From: a virus
Virus record (IMG/VR): IMGVR_UViG_3300028801_000007
Span: 37,251-101,250 of that record
DNA: 64,000 nt
Reading direction: 5' to 3' (one strand)
Below the pieces are notes generated by a model. The model saw only the letters and a list, made by a program, of their open reading frames with translations, had not been told where the DNA came from and ran no database searches. The translations under genes and the position numbers were made by a program. Position 1 is the stretch's first letter, and each line of letters opens with the position of its first letter. Positions 18,619 to 27,851 of this stretch are shown here, one piece after another.

Positions 18619-18770
18619 ATCTCTCTCCTAACGTCGATCTGAAACGTATCCGCCCGAGCTTGATTTACCGCTTCAACGCTTGGTGCGATAAGCACCCGAA
18701 AACCTCCATCGGCATGGGCATTGTCGCCTGCTTCTTGATCCTAATTTTGAAGAAATACGTGCAGCATTGA
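18615..18770 (+). CDS. 51-aa membrane peptide, paralog of 58658-58840
   Basis: MNLSPNVDLKRIR start identical to the gene at 58658; C-terminal TM segment. Confidence 0.7.
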   Translation: MNLSPNVDLKRIRPSLIYRFNAWCDKHPKTSIGMGIVACFLILILKKYVQH

Positions 18771-19209
18771 AAGCCGTTCTGCTTCTATCGGCGCTTTGGA
18801 TTGTAGTGCTGGCTTGGTGGATTTTTCAGTAGGTGAATGTGAGTCGACCGGACATCTCACTAACAACTTAGGGGATCGACATGCGAATGCAACCGTCCAA
18901 ACTTTTGAATATCTGAGCCTGCATCGGCGGCCTGAATGGCCTTGTAAAGGCGCGCTGTAGTGATATCTACAGCGCCACGAAAAGCAAGAAAGCGACATGC
19001 CGCTTTAGCATGGACTGAGAGCGGCCCGGAGCGCTGATCCTCCGGGACTTTCAGGGCTGCGCAGCGTGGAGCTTAGGGTCAGCGCGAAAAATCCGGGGTG
19101 CGTCGCTGGATAACTGATCCGATCTGAGAAGCGCTTTAAATCCTGCGGACATGACAGGCCGCAGGACGCAGCCCTGAAAGCATCACCCAAACAACGATAG
19201 GAGAAGGAA

Positions 19210-19515
19210 ATGAAGATAGTCATTCGCGGATGGCTGTATGCACAGCCGAACATATTTAACCCGGACGAGCCGCAGATCAGTTTCTGGAGCGGCACGGAAA
19301 CAAAGTTTTGGGTCTCGGAAGGCTATGTGCCGCTGTGCCAGCACACCATCGAAGTCGATGCGCCCGATGTCGATATTGTCGAAGGACAAGTGCAATGCTT
19401 GCTTGCCAAGCGCGACAAACTGGTTAAGGAATTCGAGGCATCCGCCGCCAAGATCGACGATGCGCTGTCGAAATTGAAATGTCTGACGTTCGACGCAAGC
19501 GGGGTGGCAGCATGA
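19210..19515 (+). CDS. hypothetical early protein, paralog of 60788-61075
   Basis: Both end in a coiled coil with LKC; strong RBS. Confidence 0.65.
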   Translation: MKIVIRGWLYAQPNIFNPDEPQISFWSGTETKFWVSEGYVPLCQHTIEVDAPDVDIVEGQVQCLLAKRDKLVKEFEASAAKIDDALSKLKCLTFDASGVAA

Positions 19516-19784
19516 GCACCACTACGCCGCAAATCGCAATGGATGCCGTCAAGTCGTCGCAAATCCACAGCATCGGCCACGATGCAGAAACGCAGACGCT
19601 AGCCATCCGTTTCAAGAACAAGGACGGTGCGCCAGCGGGCTTGTATCACTACCGCAATTTCACGACCGACGATCTCAGCCAGTTCAAGAGTGCCGAGTCG
19701 ATCGGATCGCATTTCTATCGCGCAATAAAACCGAACAAAGAAAAATACCCTTTCAGGAAGATCGATGAAAGCAAAGAAGATTAG
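19512..19784 (+). CDS. KTSC-domain protein
   Basis: VKSSQIHSIGHD...TLAIRF...LYHY....AESIGSHF. Confidence 0.85.
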   Translation: MSTTTPQIAMDAVKSSQIHSIGHDAETQTLAIRFKNKDGAPAGLYHYRNFTTDDLSQFKSAESIGSHFYRAIKPNKEKYPFRKIDESKED

Positions 19785-20006
19785 GGCCGGAGTTTATTGT
19801 GATCGAGGAATACATCCACTTGCGCCATGGCTGGGAAGACTTGACCCGCGAGCTGCAAAGCTTTCTGTTCGAGAAGCTTGTCAGTGTCGGAGAGGAGTTG
19901 GTCGGCGCACCGCTGTAGGAGGTTCTTATGGACACGGGCAATGGAGCAGATTGGCGGCAACAGGAAGAGCTAGACGAGCAATTTCAATCAAACAAGGAAT
20001 CAGAAA

Positions 20007-20669
20007 ATGAGCATCGCAACCTTAATCATCGGCGAGAGCGGGACCGGCAAGACGACCAGCTTGCGCAATCTGGACCCGAGCCAGACCCTTTTGATTCAGG
20101 CGGTGAAAAAGCCGCTGCCATTCCGATCTGGCGCATGGAAGCCAATCGTCAAGGGTAAGGGTGGTTCTGTCTACGTGACGGATAACAGCGCAAACATCGT
20201 GGCCGCCATGCAGCGCACCGAAAAGGAAATCATTGTGCTTGATGATTTTCAATACTGCCTCGCCAACGAATTTATGCGGCGTGTGACGGACGTTGAGACG
20301 GGTAATGGTGCGTTCGCCAAGTACAACGAAATCGCCCGCCATGCCTGGGACATCCTCATGGCGGCGAGCTCGTTGCCGGATCACAAGCGCGTGTACATCC
20401 TCAGTCATACCAGCACCGACGACTTCGGAAAGACCAAGATCAAGACGATTGGCAAGCTTCTGGACGAGAAGATCGTCATGGAGGGACTTGTCACTATCGT
20501 TCTACGCACTGGCGTGACGAACGGCGAGTACACGTTCAGCACCAGGAACAACGGCCAGGACACAGTAAAGAGTCCGCTGGGCCTTTTCGAATCCGACCAT
20601 ATCGAGAATGACCTCGCGATGGTGGATGCAGCCATCACGGCTTATTACGACCTCAAGCAAGCAGCCTAA
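20007..20669 (+). CDS. Sak4-like AAA recombination ATPase
   Basis: LIIGESGTGKTTS, IVLDDFQY, KIKTIGKLLDEK, KSPLGLF. Confidence 0.85.
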   Translation: MSIATLIIGESGTGKTTSLRNLDPSQTLLIQAVKKPLPFRSGAWKPIVKGKGGSVYVTDNSANIVAAMQRTEKEIIVLDDFQYCLANEFMRRVTDVETGNGAFAKYNEIARHAWDILMAASSLPDHKRVYILSHTSTDDFGKTKIKTIGKLLDEKIVMEGLVTIVLRTGVTNGEYTFSTRNNGQDTVKSPLGLFESDHIENDLAMVDAAITAYYDLKQAA

Positions 20670-20681
20670 AGGAAATCAGAC

Positions 20682-21353
20682 ATGTATCAACTCGACAAGC
20701 AAGCCGCGATGAATGCCGACTCCACCGGCAAGTGGCTCAACGAAACTGGCAAGTACATCGGCAAGATTCTCTATGCAGAGGATATCGAGGCACAGACGGG
20801 GACGCGCGGCATTGTCCTTAACCTGCAAGCCAACGATGGCCGGGAGACTCGCCAGTACGTCTATACGATGAAGAAGGACGGCGAAAAGCTGTCTGGCTAT
20901 GACCTGCTGATGGCTCTCATGACGTGCCTGAAGCTGCGCGGCATCAAGCCTGTTCCGGGGCCGGTGAAGCGCTGGAACAAGGATACGAAGCAGGAATACA
21001 CCGAGCAGGGCCAGGTGTTTCCTGAGCTGGCCAACAAGCCAATCGGCTTCCTGCTTCAGAAGACCGAAGAGGAAAGCCGCAAAAATAAAGGTCAGACGGC
21101 ATGGACCGCGAAACTCGTCGGCGTGTTTGAGGCTGGCACGGAACTGGTGGCGGCCGAAATCCTGAACGGCAAGACGAAGCCTGAGGCGCTTGCATTGCGG
21201 GTTGCGCAGCTCGCTGACCGCCCGATGAAGAAACGTCCCGCTGCGGCATCCCATCAAGATTACGACTACGGCGATCCGCCAGCAGACGCAGGCTTCAATG
21301 ATGACGTGCCATTCGCCCCGGCTTACGCGCGCGCAGCCTGGTCAATCATTTAA
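20682..21353 (+). CDS. putative single-stranded DNA-binding protein
   Basis: Follows Sak4; acidic tail containing FNDDVPF. Confidence 0.65.
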   Translation: MYQLDKQAAMNADSTGKWLNETGKYIGKILYAEDIEAQTGTRGIVLNLQANDGRETRQYVYTMKKDGEKLSGYDLLMALMTCLKLRGIKPVPGPVKRWNKDTKQEYTEQGQVFPELANKPIGFLLQKTEEESRKNKGQTAWTAKLVGVFEAGTELVAAEILNGKTKPEALALRVAQLADRPMKKRPAAASHQDYDYGDPPADAGFNDDVPFAPAYARAAWSII

Positions 21354-21363
21354 GGAGGCGATA

Positions 21364-22149
21364 ATGAATGTGACTCTGGACATCGAGACCATACCCTCGA
21401 CCAACCCCGCCGTGCTCGAAGCCATTCGCGCCGATCTGCGCGAGAACTTCAAGGCCCCGTCCACGCTGACGAAGGAAAAGGCTTGCGCTGACCTCGGCAT
21501 GACTGACGCGGACAAGATCAAGTACACGTCGAAAGACAGCGCGATTGCAATGTGGGTGGAACGCTTCCGCGATGAAAAGCTCGAGGAGTCCGCGCAAGAA
21601 CAGTGGCGCAAGACCTCATTCGATGGCGGATCCGGTCAAATCGCCGTGATCGGCATTGCACTGGACGACGCCGAGCCGGTCACATTCTATTCCGAAGACT
21701 GGGCGCATGACGAAGCCAAGGTGCTGCGATCCGCATTCGACGCGATCAAGGATGTGTACACGCCAAGTTCCGACCGTCGCCCGGTGTTTATCGGCCATTA
21801 TGTGACCGAATTTGATCTGCGCTTCATCTTCCAGCGTGCGGTCGTGCTGGGCATCAAACCGCCGTCAATCATCCCGTTTCACGCACGCCCCTGGGACGAT
21901 TACGTTTTCGACACCATGACGCGATGGGCCGGGTTCAAGGGATCAGTGGGGCTTGACCGGCTCTGCGACGCGCTGGGCATTCCCGGCAAGACTGACGGTG
22001 TGGGCGGCTCCAAGGTATGGGATATGGTCGCTGCCGGCCGTATCGCCGAAGTGGCCGAGTACTGCGCAAACGACGTGCGCATGGCTCGCGCCGCATACAA
22101 GCGACTGACGTTTCAAGACACCGCCCACCTCGAAGCCGAACACGCCTAA
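21364..22149 (+). CDS. DnaQ/PolB-like 3'-5' exonuclease
   Basis: LDIETIP (Exo I), GHYVTEFDLRFI (Exo II), YCANDV (Exo III). Confidence 0.88.
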   Translation: MNVTLDIETIPSTNPAVLEAIRADLRENFKAPSTLTKEKACADLGMTDADKIKYTSKDSAIAMWVERFRDEKLEESAQEQWRKTSFDGGSGQIAVIGIALDDAEPVTFYSEDWAHDEAKVLRSAFDAIKDVYTPSSDRRPVFIGHYVTEFDLRFIFQRAVVLGIKPPSIIPFHARPWDDYVFDTMTRWAGFKGSVGLDRLCDALGIPGKTDGVGGSKVWDMVAAGRIAEVAEYCANDVRMARAAYKRLTFQDTAHLEAEHA

Positions 22150-22395
22150 CCCCTTCGGCGCGCAGTGTGGCGCCTCTTATTGAGAGAAGAAAATGGATCT
22201 CGCCCACTACATCGCCCTCACTTTCTGCCTCCTAGCTGCCGCAGTCGTCATCTATGCAATCAAACAAGCGCTTAAACATCCGCGATGGGACTTGATACAG
22301 GCTGGCGACGCGCACGAGGAATTTGTAGCGAGGAAGGCAATGCATCCGGTAGCGAGCGGGGATTCTATGGAAGATTTGGTACGGGGAGAGGTTAA

Positions 22396-22773
22396 GTGAG
22401 TTGCTCTTGTGATTACGACGAATATGCGGCCGTTTATGTTGCAAAACGCATTATTGCGCGCAAGCAGCATAAGTGCAGCGAGTGCAGCACGCCGATCCTG
22501 GCGGGCGAGCAATACGAGCGCGTTGGATCGTTCTTTGATGGCGCGTGGGGCACCTATCGAACTTGCTCGCGATGCTTGGCGTTGCGCGACTTTGTAGAGG
22601 CGCATGTGCCATGCATGTGCTGGCAACACCACAGCATGAGAAGCGACGTTATCGAAACGGCTCGCGAATATGCGCACGAAGGACCGGGGCTGTTGTTCGG
22701 CGCATATCGGCGAGAGGTCCTGATCAAGAGAGCAAGATTGCTCGCTCAGTCGGCGGCTAAGGGAGGTGCGTGA
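22396..22773 (+). CDS. zinc-finger hypothetical protein
   Basis: ARKQHKCSEC...I..GEQYE...TCSRC. Confidence 0.65.
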   Translation: MSCSCDYDEYAAVYVAKRIIARKQHKCSECSTPILAGEQYERVGSFFDGAWGTYRTCSRCLALRDFVEAHVPCMCWQHHSMRSDVIETAREYAHEGPGLLFGAYRREVLIKRARLLAQSAAKGGA

Positions 22774-23354
22774 TGAAACTGACTCGATCTATCGAGCGTT
22801 GGGCAAAATGCTCACCCGATGTCATGAGCGAAATGTCCACCGCTGCGATCTGCTTTGCCTTTAAGGATGCGAAGCATGATATTGCCGCCCTCGCCGCCTC
22901 GCATGCAGCACTACTAGCAGCGCTTGAGCGAGTTCGCCAGAATATTCCGGACACGCAAATTTGCTGCGAGTGCCCAAGGGCAGATGGTTTCGATATGGAG
23001 CCCCAGTGCTGCAACGAGCCCGACAGACTGCATGACGTGATCGACGCTGCCATTAAGGCTGCGAAGGGGTTGGGATGGATGAGCGAAGAAGTTCTGACCG
23101 TATCGGACCTGCGAAGGCTATGGCACATGCTCGGTGCTGGTCCTGATAGACCGATGCGGAACTGGGGTTATCGAAACCACTACGCGTCAGGGATTGTTGG
23201 CGAGGCATACGAATCGATGTGCCGGATGGAGCGCCTCGGTCTGGTTGTGGCGGCCCAGCGTGACGGCAGCATGACGTTCTTTCACGCGACTGAGGCCGGG
23301 TGCCGAGAAGCCGGTCTAGACGCGAAGCAGATTAAACGCGCACTGGAGGATTGA
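22770..23354 (+). CDS. hypothetical protein, apparent fusion of two genes
   Basis: GATGGATG at 23074-23081 where the counterpart in B has a GATGA stop/start overlap. Confidence 0.6.
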   Translation: MMKLTRSIERWAKCSPDVMSEMSTAAICFAFKDAKHDIAALAASHAALLAALERVRQNIPDTQICCECPRADGFDMEPQCCNEPDRLHDVIDAAIKAAKGLGWMSEEVLTVSDLRRLWHMLGAGPDRPMRNWGYRNHYASGIVGEAYESMCRMERLGLVVAAQRDGSMTFFHATEAGCREAGLDAKQIKRALED

Positions 23355-23550
23355 GATGCTGAACTTTGATGCTTGGTTGCGCCAGCCGATAACGACAGAG
23401 ACCACAGAAGAAGACGTTCTGTACTTGCATTGCATCGGCTGTGGCAAAGACGAAATGGTCACCAAGAAAGCTTTAGAAAACGGCGATGCCTGGGCCACCG
23501 AAGAACTGTGCGGCGGCTCGCATCTGTGCTGTCCATAAAAAGGAACAATC

Positions 23551-24951
23551 ATGAGCAACGAACTTAGCGATAGCCGCGAGGCGTTTGAAAAAATCGAAGC
23601 GGCATCGGAATTGTCGCGTGACGAAACCGGCGATTACTCGAATCCTTGCGTTCAATCTGCATGGGAAGGGTGGCAAGCCGCTCTCGCCCACAAGAGCGAG
23701 GGGGCTGTGCCCGTCGCTGCGCCGGTAGATGCGAGCAGCGAGCAGGCGACCAGCACCGGGTGGGTGCCCGAAATCTTGGAGGGGCCGGGTGAGAATGTTT
23801 GCTACACGCAAGACAACACTCCGCGCGCCGAGCGCAAGGAAATGGTGGTGATTTCAGCGGCAGACCACGACAGACTCCGCTATTTCGCGTCGATCGACGA
23901 ATTTTCTTACGCCGAGGAAACCAAGTTACTCAGCTCGATATCGCCGACAGTCCTTATCGGTCAACTGCGGAAATTGCGGAAAGATTTAAGGGCAGCAAAA
24001 AAGGCGATCGACCCTGCGCCCCATAGCGGTGAGGCTGCGCCCGTGGTGGCAGATGCGCAAGCCGAGGCGGATTTGAACGCCGTGTACGACGTTTTTGCCA
24101 TCGGGGCGAAGGCGCGCACGATTTCGACGCTACTTGTGAACTGCCAGAACGCCTCGCGCCGTTCAGGTTGCCTATCGGCGATCGAGCGTGAGTTTTTCAC
24201 GACGGAAGCACCTGCCGAAGACCCCGAAGAAGAAGGCGATACTATCGAGGTGTGCCCGCTGAGCTGGGGCTCCAACCGGACTGAGTACGTTGAACAGATG
24301 CGCGGCGCGCTCGCAGAACGCGAAAGGATTGCGGTCGAAGCATTCAAAGCCACCGCCTCATCGCAGCACGTGGCTGTGAGTGATCCGGTCGGCCACTTCA
24401 TCGATGATGCAGCGGACGGCGAGAAACCCCACTATTCGCAGGTCGCCGAGGTGTTCAAGAGCGCGGCCGATGTGATCCCGCTGTACCGTGCTCCCCTTCC
24501 TCGCGCCAGCGATGCGCCTATCGGTGAGGCTGCTGTTTCTGACGACAGTGCGCGCATCCAAGATTATGCCGAGCAGAACATGCTCACGCTTGAGGAAGCA
24601 GCCGACGAATTGCGAGCAGCGCCACGGCATGACCGCGCACCTGCTATCGGTGAGGCAGGGGGAGTGGTGGCGGAGGAAGTACTAGCTGCCATAAAACTGG
24701 CATGTGAATCACGGGATATTGAATTTAATGCCGACACGCCGCGCGCAACCGTTGGGAGTCTATTTCTCTGGGAAAGAGACAACGCCGCCCAGCCGCAAGC
24801 AGCGCCGAGCGGGCTGAGCATGGACCGCATGCGTGAGCTAGCACGCGAAACGCTAGACGAAGGGTTCTCAGGCGGATTCTACGAGGAAACGTTGACCCGG
24901 CTTATCGGTCGAGCTATCGCTGCTGCTCAGGCTGCCGGGAGCGGAGCGTGA
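23551..24951 (+). CDS. Mosaic Ea22/Ead-like protein (element A)
   Basis: SREAFEK...W.GWQAA N-terminus; shares seven linker blocks with 62044-63888. Confidence 0.75.
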   Translation: MSNELSDSREAFEKIEAASELSRDETGDYSNPCVQSAWEGWQAALAHKSEGAVPVAAPVDASSEQATSTGWVPEILEGPGENVCYTQDNTPRAERKEMVVISAADHDRLRYFASIDEFSYAEETKLLSSISPTVLIGQLRKLRKDLRAAKKAIDPAPHSGEAAPVVADAQAEADLNAVYDVFAIGAKARTISTLLVNCQNASRRSGCLSAIEREFFTTEAPAEDPEEEGDTIEVCPLSWGSNRTEYVEQMRGALAERERIAVEAFKATASSQHVAVSDPVGHFIDDAADGEKPHYSQVAEVFKSAADVIPLYRAPLPRASDAPIGEAAVSDDSARIQDYAEQNMLTLEEAADELRAAPRHDRAPAIGEAGGVVAEEVLAAIKLACESRDIEFNADTPRATVGSLFLWERDNAAQPQAAPSGLSMDRMRELARETLDEGFSGGFYEETLTRLIGRAIAAAQAAGSGA

Positions 24952-25063
24952 GCGACGTAGCCGAAAAGACAATTCTCGACCCGTGCTGCGGTGGACGAAT
25001 GATGTGGCTTGACCGCCAGCACCCGAGCGTGATCTTTGGCGACCAGCGTCACGAGGTGCTGAC
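24937..25063 (+). repeat. Direct repeat, left copy (identical to 63874-64000)
   Basis: 127/127 identical by eye; the true length is unknown because the right copy reaches the window end. Confidence 0.95.
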
Positions 25064-25472
25064 CGTTACTGACCGCTCGCATGGTAACGACAGCGGCACG
25101 CGCACGCTCCGCATTGAGCCTGACGTGATGCTGGATTTCCGTGCTTTGCCGTATTCGGACGGCGCTTTCAAACTGGTTTCGTTCGATCCGCCGCATTTGG
25201 TGCGTGCTGGAGCCAAGAGTTGGTTGGCAGCTAAGTATGGCCAACTCGGTCCCGACTGGCGCGACGACCTACGCAGAGGCTTCGCAGAGTGCTTTCGCGT
25301 GCTCTCCGTGGATGGCGTTTTGATCTTCAAGTGGAATGAAACGCAGATCAAGGTGAGTGAGGTTTTGGCGTTGGCTGAGGTCAAGCCGCTCTTTGGCCAT
25401 CTAAGCGGCCGCAAAGGGCTCACACACTGGCTCGTCTTTATGAAGACCGCTGCGCATGGAGATAAATCATGA
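24948..25472 (+). CDS. SAM-dependent (amino-)methyltransferase
   Basis: ILDPCCGGRMMW (motif I) and FDPPHL (motif IV-like). Confidence 0.85.
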   Translation: MSDVAEKTILDPCCGGRMMWLDRQHPSVIFGDQRHEVLTVTDRSHGNDSGTRTLRIEPDVMLDFRALPYSDGAFKLVSFDPPHLVRAGAKSWLAAKYGQLGPDWRDDLRRGFAECFRVLSVDGVLIFKWNETQIKVSEVLALAEVKPLFGHLSGRKGLTHWLVFMKTAAHGDKS

Positions 25473-25795
25473 CCACCCCAACACCCAACCCCACAGTAGC
25501 GCCAACGGTCGAGCAGGTTATGCTTTTGGCCTTTGAATGCGAGACCCTGGCAATTCCTCTGATGGGCTACGTTCCTGGGGCTGATTCCAAAAAGCACCGA
25601 GAAGCAATAGCGAAACTCCGCTCGGCGGTCGAGGCGCTAGCAGTTGATGCAGAGCGGTATAGGTGGCTGCGCGATAAGAGCGAGCCGGGGATATGCGCAT
25701 TCTACCTTTCAGTGGGAAAGGCATTCCATGGCGTTAAGTTCAAGCCGGAAACCGTAGACGAAGCTATCGACGCTGCCCGTACCAAAGGATCTTGA
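25469..25795 (+). CDS. hypothetical early protein
   Basis: DAERYRWLRD...DEAIDAAR motif common in phage early genes. Confidence 0.65.
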   Translation: MTTPTPNPTVAPTVEQVMLLAFECETLAIPLMGYVPGADSKKHREAIAKLRSAVEALAVDAERYRWLRDKSEPGICAFYLSVGKAFHGVKFKPETVDEAIDAARTKGS

Positions 25796-26283
25796 AATGG
25801 AAAACAAACTCGCGAATTTTACGGTCTCCGAACTAGAGATGGAATTGGCTCGGCGGCGGAATTTTGAAGACTTCATGGACCACAACCGCCATTGGGGTGG
25901 CCTATATACCGTGCAATCGCCAGAAGATATGCAGCGTGTGCAGAACCAAGGGCAGCAAGCTGGGCCTCCTTATTACGGAGCAGACCCGAAATGAAACCCC
26001 ACATCCAAGCTGCAGGCTGGCACTACAACTCGCTGGTCGGGATGTTCAACTGCAACATAGGCGGCGGAGTGCTTGAGTGCACAATCCCCGGCGATGATGT
26101 TGTAGGTACGGGCAGCACAGCCGTCGAAGCCTACGCTGCCTGGAAGTTGGCGAAAGAGCGGCGTGGTGATCACGAGACTTGGGAAAAGCGGCGCGCTGAA
26201 ACGTACGCCAAAGACGACCGAATTTACACCTTCGTTAGATTGGGCTTGTTCGCCCTGCTGGCGATACTTATATGCTGGGTACT

Positions 26284-26556
26284 ATGAAATTCTGTAAAGA
26301 TTGAATTTACTACAAAGCGTCATCATCAGGCGATGGCGGCATTCTACTCCCAGGTTTCGCATTTTTCGTCGCTGCGCAATGCATGAAAAATCCTACCCCT
26401 GTGACCTATAATCCTGTCGATGGAACTAAGCGTGGTGGCTTATATGAAACATGTGATCAGCAGCGACTCGAGCCGAAGAAATGCGGCATGGAAGCAAGGT
26501 ATTTTAAGCCGGCTAATCTGGATGGCCGGTTGGCAATGCTGCCACAAGATGTCTGA
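26284..26556 (+). pseudogene. Cys-rich small gene interrupted by an in-frame TGA
   Basis: MKFCKD*IYYK...C...C...CGMEARYFKP; TGA at 26302-26304 occupies the expected second Cys of CxxC. Confidence 0.6.
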
Positions 26557-26568
26557 AAAGGGACTCCT

Positions 26569-26802
26569 ATGAAAGACGACGCAGAGCTATGTATCGGTAA
26601 GGTGCCCTTCGAATCGCTCGAAGCAGCGAAGAAGGTCACAAACCGCAGCAAGCACCGGATCCATAGCCTGCGCCGCGTGCCATATCGCTGCCACGTCTGC
26701 GGGAAGTACCACCTTGGCACTAAGACCAAGGTGACTAAGACCAACCATCGTAAAGCGGATATACGCGCCCTAGACGTTGAGCGCGGCGAGTCGGACGACT
26801 GA
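26569..26802 (+). CDS. small zinc-finger protein
   Basis: C.GK..F...AA...PYRCHVCGKYHL. Confidence 0.65.
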   Translation: MKDDAELCIGKVPFESLEAAKKVTNRSKHRIHSLRRVPYRCHVCGKYHLGTKTKVTKTNHRKADIRALDVERGESDD

Positions 26803-26816
26803 ATGGTATGATTTTA

Positions 26817-26864
26817 GTGCGGCTAGGAGGCATCCGAACAGCGTCTAGTCAACGCTTGCCGCAC
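26817..26864 (+). ncRNA. Candidate structured leader RNA (three-way junction) of the HNH gene
   Basis: P1 GTGCGGC/GCCGCAC, P2 GGA-GGCA-TCC, GAAC linker, P3 AGCGT/ACGCT; extended -10 TGGTATGAT just upstream. Confidence 0.5.
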
Positions 26865-26892
26865 ACCACAGACTTCCTTGACCGGAGATCAA

Positions 26893-27384
26893 ATGCTTAC
26901 TCAAGAACGCCTAAAAGAAGTCCTTCACTATGATCCCGAAACAGGGATATTCACTTGGGTCAAGCCTTCCTCTAATCGTCTGAAGCCTGGCGATCTAGCA
27001 GGATCAATAGAGCCGGATGGCTACAGAAAGATCATGGTCGATAACAAAAACTACAAGGCCAACAGGCTCGCCTGGTTATATATGACCGGCGTCTTCCCTG
27101 AACATGAAATAGACCATCGCAATACCTGCAGATCGGACGATAGCTTCTTTAATCTGAGGCATGCTACACACTCGCAGAACGCCCAAAACGCGTCGATTAG
27201 AACTGATAACACTTCTGGAATAAAAGGAGTGTTTTGGCATAAATACAGTGCGAGATGGGTAGCTCGACTTCAATCCAATGGGAAGCAAAAATGCGTGGGA
27301 TATTTCATATCGAAGGAAGAGGCTGGCAACGCTCTTCATGAGGCCAGGGAAAGACTTCACGGAGAGTTCGCTAATCACGGCTGA
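26893..27384 (+). CDS. HNH-AP2 homing endonuclease
   Basis: LTQERLKEVLHYDPETGIFTW, IDHRN..RSDD...NLR, NTSGIKGV AP2-like tail. Confidence 0.88.
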   Translation: MLTQERLKEVLHYDPETGIFTWVKPSSNRLKPGDLAGSIEPDGYRKIMVDNKNYKANRLAWLYMTGVFPEHEIDHRNTCRSDDSFFNLRHATHSQNAQNASIRTDNTSGIKGVFWHKYSARWVARLQSNGKQKCVGYFISKEEAGNALHEARERLHGEFANHG

Positions 27385-27848
27385 ATCTCAACCAGAGCAG
27401 ACAAAAGCAGCGCCAAATCTCCAGGCGCTATCTTGTTGCAAGGCGCAATCAACGGCGGAACAATCCCGCTTTTCTCAGTGCAAGCAGCGCCCAGCTCAGA
27501 GCAGTACCAGTCGTTAGGATCGCGCCAATTCCGACCCACCACAAAGGCGGCAATGGCTTCTTGGTCATATGGCTTCCCCACCTGTTCTTGAGCATAGGCG
27601 TAGAACGCCGCTTCCTGCTCGTCTGTGCACGGCACCGACACCCTGAGAACTGATTCCCCGTCCACATAACTGGACGGGCGAATCTGCACACCTGCCGGTA
27701 TGCCTAGAATCATATCGTCGCGGGCGCCTAGCAACGTGCCGTCTCGCAAGACGAGATCGACATGAGAGTAACGGTCGTGATCAAACCATTCAATTAGAGA
27801 GGAGCTGAGGCCCCTCCCCTCGACGAATTGGAAGGTTACGGCACCCAT
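27375..27848 (-). CDS. Permuted papain-like (NlpC/P60, YiiX/YebB-like) amidase
   Basis: YSHV His before GKPYD and WYCSEL Cys. Confidence 0.75.
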   Translation of the reverse strand: MGAVTFQFVEGRGLSSSLIEWFDHDRYSHVDLVLRDGTLLGARDDMILGIPAGVQIRPSSYVDGESVLRVSVPCTDEQEAAFYAYAQEQVGKPYDQEAIAAFVVGRNWRDPNDWYCSELGAACTEKSGIVPPLIAPCNKIAPGDLALLLSALVEIQP

Positions 27849-27851
27849 GGC

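Larger units (their letters stand above)
1..24936. mobile_element. Lambdoid prophage A, early/immunity/replication region (partial)
   Basis: Lambda-like order Q-nin-DnaB-O-cII-cro-cI-early left genes; no structural genes or integrase within the window. Confidence 0.85.
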
